Source of the DNA: Raja brachyura
Lineage: Eukaryota
Length of the DNA stretch: 64,000 bases
Assembly: GCA_963514005.1 (NCBI GenBank)
Contig: OY740827.1
Location: 2,480,001 to 2,544,000, forward strand
Direction: 5' to 3'
Below the pieces are notes generated by a model, which saw only the letters and a list, made by a program, of their open reading frames with translations, was not told where the DNA came from and made no database searches. The translations under genes and the position numbers were made by a program. Positions 47,101 through 58,715 of this stretch are shown here, piece after piece (position 1 is the stretch's first letter; each line of letters starts with the position of its first letter).

Positions 47101-50100
47101 AAAGCAACGAGGATAGAGGAAACAGACCATTGTTAGCTGTTTGTTGGGTGAAAACGAGAAGCTGGTGCACCTTGGGTGGAGGAGGGATAGATCAAGAGGG
47201 AATGCCGGAGCTACTTGAACTTAGAGACATCAATATTCACACCACTGGGTTGTAAGTTGCCCAAGTGAAATATGAGATGCTGTTCCTCCAATTTGTGTTT
47301 TGTCTGTTCAGCTTTGGTCACCCTGTTACAGAAAATAAACTATTAAGCTAGAAAAAGTGCAGAGAAGATTTTCAAGGATGCTACTAGGACCTGAGGGATT
47401 GAGCGATAGGGAGAGGTTGGGCAGGCATAAACTTTATTCCTCAGAGCACAGGAGGCTGAGGGGTGGGTGATCTTATAGTGGTGAATATAATCATGAGAGG
47501 AATAGATATGGTGAATGGACAGTCGTTCTTTTCCAAGGATACGGTAATCGAGAACTAGAAGGCACTGGGAATGATTTAATAGGAATCTGAGGTGCACCTT
47601 TTTCACACAAAGGGTGGTTGGTATCTGGGAACGAACTGCCAGAGGATGCAGTTGAAGTTGGTACAATAACAACATTTGGACAGATACACAGATAGGAAAG
47701 GTTCAGAGAGATATGGGCCAAATAGGACCTAGATGGAACGTCTTGGTTGGCATGGACGAGTTGGGCCAAAGGGCCTGTTCCATGTTGTACCACTCCACGA
47801 CTCTGAAACAATGAAGGGTTAGGATGGAATGGATGTGGGGAAGAGCAGAAGTGGAGGCCATCAACAGTAAACAGCCATTGGGTCCTCAGAGGGACATGGC
47901 TTTGTTCAGAGAGATGAGTGGTGGACCGCACTGCCCTCAGGGTGGGTTGAGGCCACAGTAGAAGTAGATTTAGAGGGAGGTAGGACATTCTGATAGATGA
48001 GGAAAGTAGGGTCAGCAGGACAAGATGGGCTGAATGGTCTGTTTCCGTTTTGTGATTCCAGTGTAATCCAATGGAGTGCTGTGTGCTGGAAAATCTCTTT
48101 CGCTGCTCGGCCTGGGCTGGAGTTGGGGTTAAATTGTCATGTCTGTTTCTCACTGACTCCTCTCTCCACCCCTCAGTAAGTGGCTGGGACAGGACTGGGA
48201 AATGCGTCGTGGCCGTGATCGTTCTTGCCATCATCCTTGGCGTCGTTACTGTCTCCGTCATCATCATCGCAATCTTCTGGGCAGCGCGTTGCCGCAGCAA
48301 AGGAGGTCTTCACTGCCATTTACTCAAGAGAGAGAGAGGGGGCGGGGGGGTGGGGGGTGGGCGATACACACTGCATCAACCTGAAATCAGGGCCCTCTCC
48401 AAAACCTAACTCCCCCCACCCCACCGCTACCACCGTGTTTTGGAGAGGGGCAGGGCAGATTGCCCAAGTATTCTGGCACTGATATTCATACCTCATCCGC
48501 ATCAGCGAAAACAACGTCATCTGGGAACAATCTCAGTGCCGCTCACAATCCCATTCCCCACTGTCCCCACTCCACATGGACCAAAACTCCCACCCCAATC
48601 CCTCTCACTGTCCACACTCCCAATGGACCCATCCTTATCTCAATGGGGTTAGGTTAGGTAAGGGGGAGGTGCAGCAAGACCTGGGTGTCCTTGTACTGAA
48701 AGTTGGCGTGCAGGTACAGCTGGCAGTGAAGAAAGCTAATGGAATGTTGGCCTTCATAACAAGAGGATTTCAGTACAGCAGTAAAGAGGTTCTTCTGCAG
48801 TTGTATAGGGCTCTGGTGAGACCACATCTGGAGTATTGTGTACAGTTTTGGTGTCATAATTTGAGGAAGGACATCCTTGTGATTGAGGCAGTGCAGCGTG
48901 GTTCACGAGATTGATCCCTGGGATGGCGGGACTGTCATATGAGGAAAGATTGAAAAGACTAGGCTTGTATTCACTGGAATTTTGAAGGATGATGGGGATC
49001 TTATAGAAACATATAAAAGATATAAAATTATAAATGGACATGACAAGCTAGGTGCAGGAAAAATGTTCCCAATGTTGAGTGAGTCCAGAACCAGCGGTCA
49101 CAGTCTTAGAATAAAGGGAAGGTCATTTAAGACTGAGGTGAGAAAAAACATTTTCACCCAGAGTTGTGAATTTATGGAATTCCCTGCCACAGAGGGCAGT
49201 GGAGGCCAAGTCACTGGATGGATTTAAGGGAGAGTTACAAAGAGCACTAGGGGCTAGTGGAGTCAAGGGATATGGGGAGAAGGCAGGCACAGGTTATTGA
49301 TAGGGGACAATTAGCCATGATCACAATGAATGGCGGTGCTGGCTCGAAGGGCCGAATGGCCTCCTCCTCCACCTATTTTCTATGTCTATGTCTATCCTCC
49401 TCCCCAATCCCTGTCACCGTCCACAGCTCCCCATCCTCTCCCTCTGCCCACAAACCCCATAGACCAAACCCTTCCTCATTCCCTCCCTCCACACTCCTAA
49501 TACACCAAAACTCCCTCCCCATTCTCCCCCTCTCCCCACACTCCCAATAGACTGAAACTCTCTCCCCATTCCCTCTCCCCACACTCCCCATTGATTTAAA
49601 CTCCCTCCCACATTCTCCCCACTGCCCACACTCCTCATACACCATCCTTTTCCTATTCACTTCCACATATCAATAGATCCTAAGAATTGCCCATCCACAG
49701 AGTTTCAGTCGAGCCAAACCCCTTCCCAGAGGGATGATCCAAGAACATTTACAGTGGGAGAAAGACTGAATAAGGTAATAAGTGATAGGAGGAGTATTAG
49801 GCCATTCAGCCCACCAAATCTACACCACCATTCAATCATGGCTGGTCTATCTCTTCTTCCTAACCCCATTCTCCTGCCTTCTCCCCATAACCACTGACAC
49901 CAGTACTAATGAATGGGAAAAGACATGGAAGGGAGGAGGAATAGGGAAATGGAAGGTGTTCAAGAGAATGAATGTGAGGGAGGGAGGGAGGGAGGGAGGG
50001 AGGGATTGAAGTGCAACGGTGTGAGAGAGGTTGAATGTGAAAGATGTGTATTGAGAATGAATGTTGAAAGGAATGTGGAAGAGTGAGAGGGAGGGAGAAG

Positions 50101-52004
50101 GATGAATGAAGGAATTCCCAAAGAAAGAGTGATGGGAGACAGAAGCAAAGAGGAAAGCGAGTGGTCTGAATGAAATTCTGTCTTCCAGAAAGTTCCGTGA
50201 TGCAGCGGAAGGAGCAGAAAGCTGAAGATGGGCCGGTGGAGTCCCCCTATCAGGTTGGTACTGTTGTGGCAAAGAGGCAGATCAGCATTTGTCCCCTTGT
50301 TGTCCCTCCACACCAGCACTGCCCCATGGATACTAACTCCATCACCTCACGCTGCCTCGGCAATGCCAGCAGCATCAAGGACCAGTCGCACCCCGGCCAC
50401 TCCCTCTTCTCCCCTCCCCCATCTGGCAAGAGGTACAGAAGTGTAAAAACACACCTCCAGATTCAGGAACAGTTTCTTCCCAGCTTCTATCAGGCAATTG
50501 AACCATCCTTCCACAACCAGAGAGCGGTCCTGAACTAATATCTACCTCATTGATGCCCCTCGGACTATCTTTGCTGGCTTTACCTTGCACTAAATGTTAT
50601 TCCCTTATCATGCGTCTCTACACCGTAAATGGCTCGATTGTAATCATGCATTGTCTTTCCGCAGACTGGTTAGCATGCTGCAACAAAAGCTTTTCACCGT
50701 ATATCGGTACTTGTGACAATAAGCTAAACTGAACTAAACACTTCCCCCCCCTCCCTGTGTCGGGCACCAACCATCTCCCCCATTCCTGCCCACCAAACCC
50801 ACATCACCGTCCCCACCCCGTCACCGTCTTTCCCCCAGGATACTGACGCCCCTCAACACACTGAATCCCTCCAGCATATCCCACTTTGCCCACTGAGACT
50901 GACCCACGATGTTCATAAGTGATGGGAGCAGAATTAGCCCATTCAGCCCATCAAGTCTACTCCGCCGTTCAATCATGGCTGATCTATCTCTCGTCCCCAA
51001 CCCCATTCTCCTGCCTTCTCCCCATAACCCCTGACACCCGTACTAATCTCTGCCTAAAAAATATCCACTGACACGACCTCCACAGCCGTCTGTGGCAATG
51101 AATCCCACAGATTCCTCTGATGAAAGAAATTCCACCTCATGGTCTTTCTAAAAGAACATCCTTTTATTCTGAGGCTGTGGCCTCTGGTCCTAGAATCTCC
51201 CACGGAACCCACCTTCCCACTCCATCCCATTCCACGTACTAAACATCACCAACCCTGTCCCTGCCCCACACCTCAACATTCACTCCCCTGTACCCACCCC
51301 GAGCTCAGTGAAGGTCCCTCCACCTCCAGACTCTGTAACCACCTCCCCTCCGGCCCCTGCACCCCTCCCTGTCTCTGTAACCCCTTCCCTCCCTTCCCTC
51401 CCCTCCAGCCTCTACACCGTGCAGGCTGCTTATTCTATTCCTATGACCGCTGTTTCTTGGAGAGGGTCCAGGGGAGGTTTACAAGAATTACCCCAGGAAT
51501 GAGTGGGTTAACATATGATGAGTGCTTGACAGCACTGGGCCTGTACTCACTGGAGTTGAGGAGGTTGAGCGGGGACCTCATTGAAACGTACAGAATAGTA
51601 AAATGCCTGGATAGAGTGGATGTGGAGAGGATGGTGGGGGAGTCTAGGACCAGAGGTCATAGCCTGAGAATTAAAGGGCGCTCTTTTATAAAGGTGAGGA
51701 GTAACCTCTTTAGCCAGAATGTCGTTAATCTGTGGAACTCATTGCCACAGAGGGTTGTGGAGGCCAAGTCAGTGAATATTTTTAAGACAGAAATAGATCA
51801 ATTCTTGATTGGAAAGGGTGTCAAGGGTTTTGTGGAGAAATCAGGAAAATAGGGTTAGGAGTCAGATCAGCCATGACTGAATGACAGAGTAGACTTGATG
51901 GGCCAAATGGCCTAATTCTACAACTATAACTTGAGAACTTCTTTTCCTCACAGGAGCTGCATCTCGGCGACCGGGATCTGTACAGCGAGGTTAAGCCCTG
52001 TTAA
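35092..52004 (+). CDS. Spliced Siglec-like (CD33/MAG/CD22 family) type I receptor with DAP12-like ITAM tail; join(35092..35131,36572..36937,38011..38304,39803..40084,42341..42622,48177..48305,50189..50253,51954..52004), 502 aa
   Basis: All introns are GT..AG with compatible phases (1,1,1,1,1,1,0). The exons sum to 1509 nt, open from ATG to TAA. Domain order is leader, V-set, C2-set, Ig, Ig, TM, tail. The donor after the TM exon (GAG|GTCTTC) is weak, so intactness is uncertain. Confidence 0.75.
35235..35785 (+). mobile_element. Penelope-like element 3' fragment (GIY-YIG C-terminus and pseudo-LTR)
   Basis: Translation FADHLRSVRLDLPDLPVAKHFNSPSHSH...KLEEQLLIFCLGSLHPSGMNIDFSHFK*, then a hammerhead-like core at about 35653-35682. 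Confidence 0.8.
36070..36432. repeat. 33-bp G-rich minisatellite (gagtgacacactgtgggaggggcggtgaggagg), ~11 copies, intronic
   Basis: Directly visible; ends about 140 bp upstream of the V-set exon. Confidence 0.95.
36572..36937 (+). CDS. Siglec-type V-set Ig domain exon
   Basis: Bounded by tctgtcctcag| and |gtaagt. Carries the Siglec motifs VQNGLCARIPC, DCSLVIDNI and DAGPYFFRVE (cf. CD33 GLCVLVPC / NCSLSI / YFFRME), including the essential F-strand Arg. Confidence 0.93.
38011..38304 (+). CDS. Siglec-type C2-set Ig domain exon (domain 2)
   Basis: Bounded by gcgttag| and |gtaagt. Reads DFTDNPTIFPAEMVAGQPVNVTCIFNTTCDGTAPTLTW...HHGENLTCRVTYP...LTLTVQ. The extra Cys after the B-strand Cys is the Siglec inter-domain disulfide partner. 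Confidence 0.92.
39803..40084 (+). CDS. Ig (C2/I-set) domain exon, copy 1
   Basis: Bounded by tgtttgcag| and |gtgagt. Reads YAPQNLSI...VKEGNSAAILCSVQSFPASNLMW...DAGVYQCVAENEHG...LTVE. Confidence 0.92.
42341..42622 (+). CDS. Ig (C2/I-set) domain exon, copy 2 (tandem duplicate)
   Basis: Same splice sites and same peptide as 39803..40084, at an offset of 2538 bp. Confidence 0.88.
43898..47058 (-). mobile_element. Helitron-like non-autonomous element with hierarchical internal tandem repeats
   Basis: Minus strand begins A|TCTATATTACTAAAAG (47043-47058), like a Helitron 5' TC end. It contains about 4 units of 550-650 bp, each with ~58-bp subrepeats (aaagccaagagaaacaaatttgcaaac...accaatacattttctgaaaac). 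No CTRR 3' end found. Confidence 0.5.
48177..48305 (+). CDS. Transmembrane exon (DAP12-TM-like, uncharged)
   Basis: Acceptor tcctctctccacccctcag. Reads LSGWDRTGKCVVAVIVLAIILGVVTVSVIIIAIFWAARCRSKG: a hydrophobic span followed by basic stop-transfer residues. A paralogous exon lies at 3620. Confidence 0.85.
48650..49390 (+). mobile_element. CR1-clade LINE 3' fragment (copy B only)
   Basis: Translation AVKKANGMLAFITRG...LYRALVRPHLEYCVQFW, plus 3' UTR. Confidence 0.85.
50189..50253 (+). CDS. Cytoplasmic exon 1 (ESSVMQRKEQKAEDGPVESPYQ), first half of ITAM
   Basis: Bounded by ttctgtcttccag| and TATCAG|gttggt; phase 1 in, phase 0 out. A unique-sequence island between repeats. Confidence 0.8.
51455..51925 (+). 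mobile_element. CR1-clade LINE 3' fragment immediately upstream of last exon acceptor
   Basis: Translation LERVQGRFTRITPGMSGL.Y...LYSLELRRLSGDLIETYRI...FSQNVVNLWNSLP. Confidence 0.85.
51954..52004 (+). CDS. Terminal coding exon (ELHLGDRDLYSEVKPC*), second half of ITAM
   Basis: Acceptor cttcttttcctcacag, phase 0, TAA at 52002-52004. Completes YQEL-x7-YSEV. Confidence 0.82.
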   Translation, partial: ELHLGDRDLYSEVKPC

Positions 52005-54049
52005 TGAGCCTCTGCTCAACCCCTCTCAGTGCGCACCCTCCACTCTGCCCACTTTCTCTGACGTTTCTCTCTGCCCACCTCCCTCTTTCCTTACTCTCTA
52101 CAATCAATCTCCCTCCCATTGACTCCATCTACATCTCACGCTGCCTCGGCAAGGCCAGCAGCATCATCAAGGACCAGTCTCACCCCAGCCACTCCCTCTT
52201 CTCCCCTCTCCCATTGGGTAAGAGGTACAGAAGTGTGAAAATGAACGCACACCTCCAGATTCAGGGACAGTTTCTTCCCAGCTGTTATCAGGCAACTGAA
52301 TCATCCTACCACAAGATTACCCATGACTCTGCCCATGACCGTACTACGTCTTTTTCGTTGAGTGGACTATCTTGCTCGCCATAGGATCTTTGCTCGTGAT
52401 CACCGTATTTTATATGCCCCGCGAACCTGAGGGCCGACCCACACAGGGGGTTGTCTGACACTTGCCCAACAACAGATATCGATTAACCCCATATATAACA
52501 GACATCTCCCTGACCCAATAATACAACAGCTCAACACATTGTATTCCTATCGGACTCCAGGGTGAAGTCAATTATTGGAACATGTCCCCTGATTTACAGG
52601 GTTTCCAGACAAGGCTTAACACTTCATCCAATAAACATCCAGCAGAGTCAGAGTCTGCAACATTATATATAACTTATTTACAAATGTATATCTAGTTTGC
52701 AACCACCCAATCCATTCTATGCATTTGGTATCAGATTGACAAGGCTTGCAGGTTCCCAACCCTTTGGCATATAAATTGTATCAAGCTCCAGACTCTCTGG
52801 CACCTCTCGCAGCCTGTCCCAGCTCTGCAGAGATCATTCCCAATCTGACCAAATCTCCCAACAAGCCCTGTAATTTAGCCCCATTTTACAAGCCCTGACT
52901 GGTCCAATTTAGCCAGGATTAACATTCCTTGTAAATTGTCCCCAGCGAGTGTGGGATAGTGCGGGGATCGCTTGTCGGCGTGGACTCGGTGGGCCACAGG
53001 GCTTTATTCTGCGCTGTATCTCCAAACTTATCCTAGAACTAGAGTGTGAACGAGTGATGGATGGTTGGTCAGGGTTAGGTGGGCCGAAGGGTCTGTTTCC
53101 ATGCTTAAAAAATTAAATGCTGCTAATGGTCTTGCCATTATCTCCACACTCTCTCCTTGTGCCTTCAACCTCCCAACGTGCAACACCGAACCCTTGCTCG
53201 GATTAAACTCCATCTGCCATTTCTCCGCCCCTTTCTGCATCTAATCTTCATCCCGCAGTATCTTCCGGCAGCTTCCTCACTGTCTGCAACTCCTCCAATC
53301 TTGGTGTCGTCACCAAACCCACGCAGCCACAGATCGCCAGCATCTTCACACATGCACTCTGACGGTGAGGGACATCGCCCCCATGTGGTCCTGGACATTT
53401 TTGCCACTGTAAATAGAATAAAGCAAAGATCCTATAGCGGACCAAGGTAGACCACTCCTGCTAAATGCAATGGGCTGACGTGTAGTACGCAAGACAACGG
53501 AGCGGAACGTGGGCCTTTTTTGTTAATTATTAATATGTTAACAAATTATGATTCTGTTAATTGTCTTTTTTAATGTTTTTAAATAAAGCTTTTCTTTTTA
53601 AATGGCTCATGTGGTGTGTTTGAGTTTGAGTTGATTTTTGTATTACACTTGCACTCTGTAATTCATCTAATCACACTGTTCACAACTGCGGTATTTGGAA
53701 AATAATAACAATATGAAGATTCCAGTTGCTCGAGGAATGTTCCTTAATGATCCTTAATGATTTTTTGTGTCTATGGAATTGTTTTTCAACAATAAAATGG
53801 GTCTGGTCTTCCCAACAGCCAGAGAATGAAATGAGATCTGTCTGTAATGGTGGGGTTATCTAAATGAAGTATTTAACAAAATAAAATTTGTTTTGAGCTA
53901 GATTAAAAAATGAAGTATAACTTAAGGATGGTTTTATTCAGTGACCATACAACTGATTAGATTGTGTAGATTCATTAGTAGGACTGCATGTTACAATCCC
54001 GATGATTTTTCACTACAATTGGCATTCTTGGGGATGACCACTAGGTGAT

Positions 54050-57000
54050 TTTGCTACCAATCAGACACATCTTCAGTTGTGTACCTCAACATCACTGGGT
54101 GTTTTGGCCTTTTATCACAAGACACCCTCAGTCAAGGCAGGCCCACCACAGGTTGATCAGACCTGGGTGTGTGTCTTATGGCTAGCCTCTAGATGGTCAC
54201 GTGGCAGCCCAGACAGCATCTTTTCTCTTCAGCCACAGCCAGTGACTGCTCCATTCGGCGACATTGGCAAGTTCCTTTATTGCCCTCCTTTGTGCCTGCC
54301 CTCTGACTCCTACTTCCCTCAGGAGCCTTGCGGTGGAACTGGCTACAAAGCCCCTGCACCCGACCTCCACTGGACACACCCTAATGCCCCTGTCCCACTT
54401 AGGAAACCGGAACGGAAACCTCTGGAGACCTTGCGCCCCACCCAAGGTTTCCGTGACGTTCCCGGAGGTTCCCGTGAGGTTCCCGGAGGCTCCGATCACT
54501 CTCCATGAGTCACCAGAGGTTTTGGTCACTTGCCTGGAAAGCCTCGACAGATGCGTGAGCTGCATCTACTGATCAAGGTTCTACAGGATCTTTGCTACCG
54601 ACCGCACACACACACACACAAACACAAACACACCGCGAAGGTGGGGGCCAGGGACAGCGGAGGAGCGCTTTCTGCGCGATGAAGAGGAATGTAAACGGCT
54701 GCCACAGAGCACGGTAAGTCCTTCTGAGAGCGCGGGAGGGAGGGAGTGAAAGGGAAAGAAGGGGAGAGAAAAGGGGAGAGAAGGGGAAGAAATGGGGAGA
54801 GAGAAGGGGAGAGAGAAGGGGAGAGAGAAGGGGAGAGAGAAGGAGGGAGAAGGAGGGAGAAGGGGAGAGAGAAGGGGAGAGAAGGGTGGAGAAGCGGAAA
54901 GAACGGGGGGAGAAGGAGTGGAGACAGGTTTAAGAAGTTTAATAAAGTTAGCGGGCATTTTACCTTCCGGCGGATCTTCTAGGTAGGTTTCATTGCTCCC
55001 AGGCCAAAGCCCCCTCGGCCTTGTTGGACATGGCCCACTATGTCCCGGTGTCGGAGGGCGGATTTTGCGTCCAGTTCCACTGCTGCTGGAGTCCATTTCT
55101 TCCCTGTTGCTAAGGTTGGGCCGACACCTCTTATTATTGGGTCCCGGGATTCCGTTAGTGTCATGTCCAGCCTGACTTTGGCACATTTGTACTCCTCCAC
55201 TAGGCTTGAGACTGGCAGTGAGAGGGCTCCATTCCCATAGAGCCCTATGCTGCTGAGGCATCTCGGTAGCCCATGCCACTTCCTCACTTGTGAGTTCACC
55301 AGTCTCTCCAGATGGTTCCCATGGGATAAAGTGACCTCGCAGATGGTAATTGGCCACATGAGTTGGGGCAGTAGACCAAATTGAAGGCACCAATGCTTCA
55401 GCTTCCCTGGGAGAGCAGTATTGTTGATTTGCTTGAGGCCACTGATTGTATCCTGCCTGAGTTGTTCCACCTGCTCTGCATTCTTGAGGTATGCGGTGTA
55501 CCATCGCCCGAGGCTTTTGACAGGCTTCTCCAGGACAGTTGGTATTGTCTCGATATTGATGCGGAACCTTTCGTCAGTGAGCCGGCCTTTGACGATGGGA
55601 ATACTGCAGGATTTAATCTCCATTGGTGCCCATTTGATGTTTTCCTGGAGTTTATCCAGCAGGCGTTTGGTGGATGCTTTTGTTGTTGTTATTGTGGTCA
55701 TGTCATCCATGTACGCCCTGATTGGAGGAAGACCCAGCCCACTCTTCAAGCTTTCCCCTCCAACCACCCATCGTGATGCTCGAATGATGAGCTCCATTGC
55801 CATGGTGAAAACCAGAGGAGAAATGGTACAGCCTGCCATTATGCCTACCTCAAGGTGCTGCCAGGCGGTGGTGTTGTCCTGTGTTGTGACGCAGAACTTG
55901 AGGTCCTGGAAGTAAGTTTTTACCAGCTTTGTGATGACCTCTGTGACCTGGAAGAAATTAAAAGCTGGCCAAAGAGTCTCATGGGGCACTGAACCAAAGG
56001 CGTTGGCTAGATCTAAGAAAACCACATGCAGATCTCTCTTTTCCTTCTTGGCAGTTTGTATCTGGTGCCAGATGACGTTTGCATGTTCCAGACATCCTGA
56101 GAAACCACGTACACCTGCTTTCTGCGCTGACGTATCAATGAAGTTGTTGCTCTGCAAAAATGCTGAGAGTCTTTGGGCCACAACACCAAAGAAGATCTTT
56201 CCTTCCACGTTCAGAAGGCTGATCAGGCAGAATTGGCTAATGGTTGAGGAGTTCTTTTCTTTGGGAATTATGATCCCTCCTGCCCTTCGCCATGCCTTAG
56301 GTATGATTCCTTTTCCCCATTAACTTCCAAAGGTATTTCATGGCACCAAGGGTGTTCTTATAGAGCCTGTATGGAATGCCATTGGGCCCTGGGGCTGATG
56401 CTGTTCTTGCCCGTTTGACTGAGTTCTCCACCTCCTTCCATGTAGGAGGCCTTATGTCCATCTGGTGCTCAGGTGGGTGCATAGGTGGCATTTCATCTGG
56501 AATGGTGACTGGTTCATGCCTCCGGTTGTCAGAGTATGTCATCCTCAGGTGCTCATCCAGTTCCAGCTCATTCATTACAGGTATTCTCAGTATCCCGCTT
56601 TTCTCCTTGACAAAAAGGCTTTTGACAAACTTATACGGATCTCTGTAGAAACTTGTCCTCGCCCGTTCTTTCTTCTTGTGTTGCTTTCTCAGGCATTCTG
56701 CTCTTCGCAGGATTGCCAGGCACAGCTTTATTTCTGCCTGCAGTGCCTCGAGTCCTTTCCTCAAAGTCAAAGTCAAAGTATCCTTTATTGTCATTCAGAC
56801 CTTTGGGTCTGAACAAAATTTAATTGCCTTGCAGTCATACATATAATAAAAAACAAAACACACAATAAACATATATTTAACATCCACCACAGTGAGTTCA
56901 CCAGGCACCTCCTCACTGTGATGGAAGGCAAAAGTCTTAAAGTCTTTGTCTTCTTCCCTCCTTGTTCTCCCTCTGCGCTGAGGTGATCCAGGCCTCCACT

Positions 57001-58715
57001 GGGCCCGCAGCCGAGCCTCCGAAGTGGGGCCGCCGCCGCTGGAATGCCGGAACACCGCCACAGCTCTGCTGCCGGGTCCGCCGCCGTCGCCGGAACGGTG
57101 GAACACCGCCACAGCTCTGAAGCTGGGTCCGCCACCGTCGCCGGAACGCTGGAACGCTGGAACGCCGCCACAGCTCTGAAGCCGGGTCCGCCACCGTCGC
57201 CGGAACGCTGGAACACCACAGCTCTGAAGCGGGTCCGCCACCGTCGCCGGAACGCTGGAACGCCGCCACAGCTCTGAAGCCGGGTCCGCCACCGTCGCCA
57301 GAACGCTGGAACGCCGCCACAGCTCTGATGCCGGGTCCGCCGCCATCGCAGGAACGCTGGAACGCCGCCACAGCTCTGAAGCCAGGTCAGCCACCGTCGC
57401 CGGAACGCTGGAACACCGCCACAGCTCTGCTGCCGAGTTCGCCACCGTCGCCGGAACGCTGGAACGCCACAGCTCTGAAGCCGGGTCCGCCGCCGTCGCC
57501 GGAACGCTGGAACGCCGCCACAGCTCTGAAGCCGGGTCCGCCACCATCGCCGGAACGCTGGAACGCCACCACAGCTCTGAAGCCGGGTCCGCCGCCATCG
57601 CTGGAACGCTGGAACGCCGCCACAGCTCTGAAACCAGGTCAGCCATCATCGCCGGAACGCCGCCACAGCTCTGATGCCGGGTCCGCCGCCATCGCTGGAA
57701 CGCTGGAACGCCACCACAGCTCTGATGCCGGGTCAGCCGCCGTCGCCGGAACGCTGGAACGCAGCCACAGCTCTGAAGCCGGGTCCGCCACTGTTGCTGG
57801 AACGCTGGAACGCTGGAATGCCACAGCTCTGAAGCCGGGTCCGCCACCGTCGCCGGAACGCTGGAACGCCACAGCTCTGAAGCCGGGTCCGCCACCGTTG
57901 CTGGAACGCTGCAACGCCACAGCTCTGAAGCCGGGTCCGCCACTGTCGCCGGAACGCTGGAACGCCACAGCTCTGAAGCCGGGTCCGCCACCGTCGCCGG
58001 AACGCTGGAACGCCACCACAGCTCTGAAGCCGGGTCCGCCACCGTCGCTGGAACGCCAGAACGCTGCCACAACTCTGAATCCGGGTCCGCCACCGTCGCC
58101 GGAACGCTGGAACGCCACAGCTCTGAAGCTGGGTCCGCCACCGTCGCCGGAACGCTGGAACGCCACAGCTCTGAAGCCAGGTCCGCCACCGTCGCCGGAA
58201 CGCCGCCACAGCTCTGAAGCCGGGCCGGCCGCCATCGCCGGAACGCTGCCACAGCTCTGAAGCCGGGTCCACCGCCATCGCCAGAACGCTGGAACGCCGC
58301 CACAGCTCCGAGGCCGCCAGCTCCGCCATTAGGCCTCAGCACAGATGGAGACGGGGGACACAACAAGAAAAAGTCACATCCCCCCCGAAGGGAGAGACTA
58401 AATCCTTGTTTCTCCCACCCCCCACCCCCCCACACACATACACAGCCTAATAAACTAAATTTAACTAAAACAGACGCAAGAAAAAAAGAAAGATCAGACG
58501 GACTGCGGGCGAGCCGCAGCTGCCAGGCAGCACCGCCACTTCTCCTAGCTGTTCCTTTCTGCCTCTGTGGCCTTCCTCCACTGCTTTCTCAGCTCCCTCT
58601 TTTCTTTCACCAGTCTTTTGATCACCTGCTGCCTCCTGGACTTGTACATGTACAGGCTTTTTCCCTTCCATCTTCCTCTCTACTGCTGACTGTGACTGGT
58701 TGGGCTCTGTATTCA
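54050..58715 (-). mobile_element. HERO-like non-LTR retrotransposon, copy B
   Basis: ORF 54979..56208 (409 aa) retains AFGSVPH and YMDD. Same insertions as copy A, with extra 5' deletions. Confidence 0.85.
57030..58315. repeat. GC-rich minisatellite, copy B (longer array)
   Basis: Same unit as 11165-12225, about 200 bp longer, with a different order of variants. Confidence 0.95.

Noticed and set aside
48360-48385. RYTLHQ in the read-through tail as an ITIM
   Set aside because: Does not fit (I/V/L/S)xYxx(L/V).
48177-52004. Annotating these exons as a standalone tyrobp gene
   Set aside because: No leader exon was found between 42622 and 48177, the TM Asp and CxC are missing, and the Ig exons have no other TM exon. 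Disfavoured but not excluded without transcripts.
56795-58435. 546-aa and other long ORFs (also 10931..11839) with ADPASELWRRSSVPAT repeats
   Set aside because: Produced by a stop-poor GC-rich VNTR inside a non-autonomous retroelement; open in several frames on both strands, with no splice or domain support.
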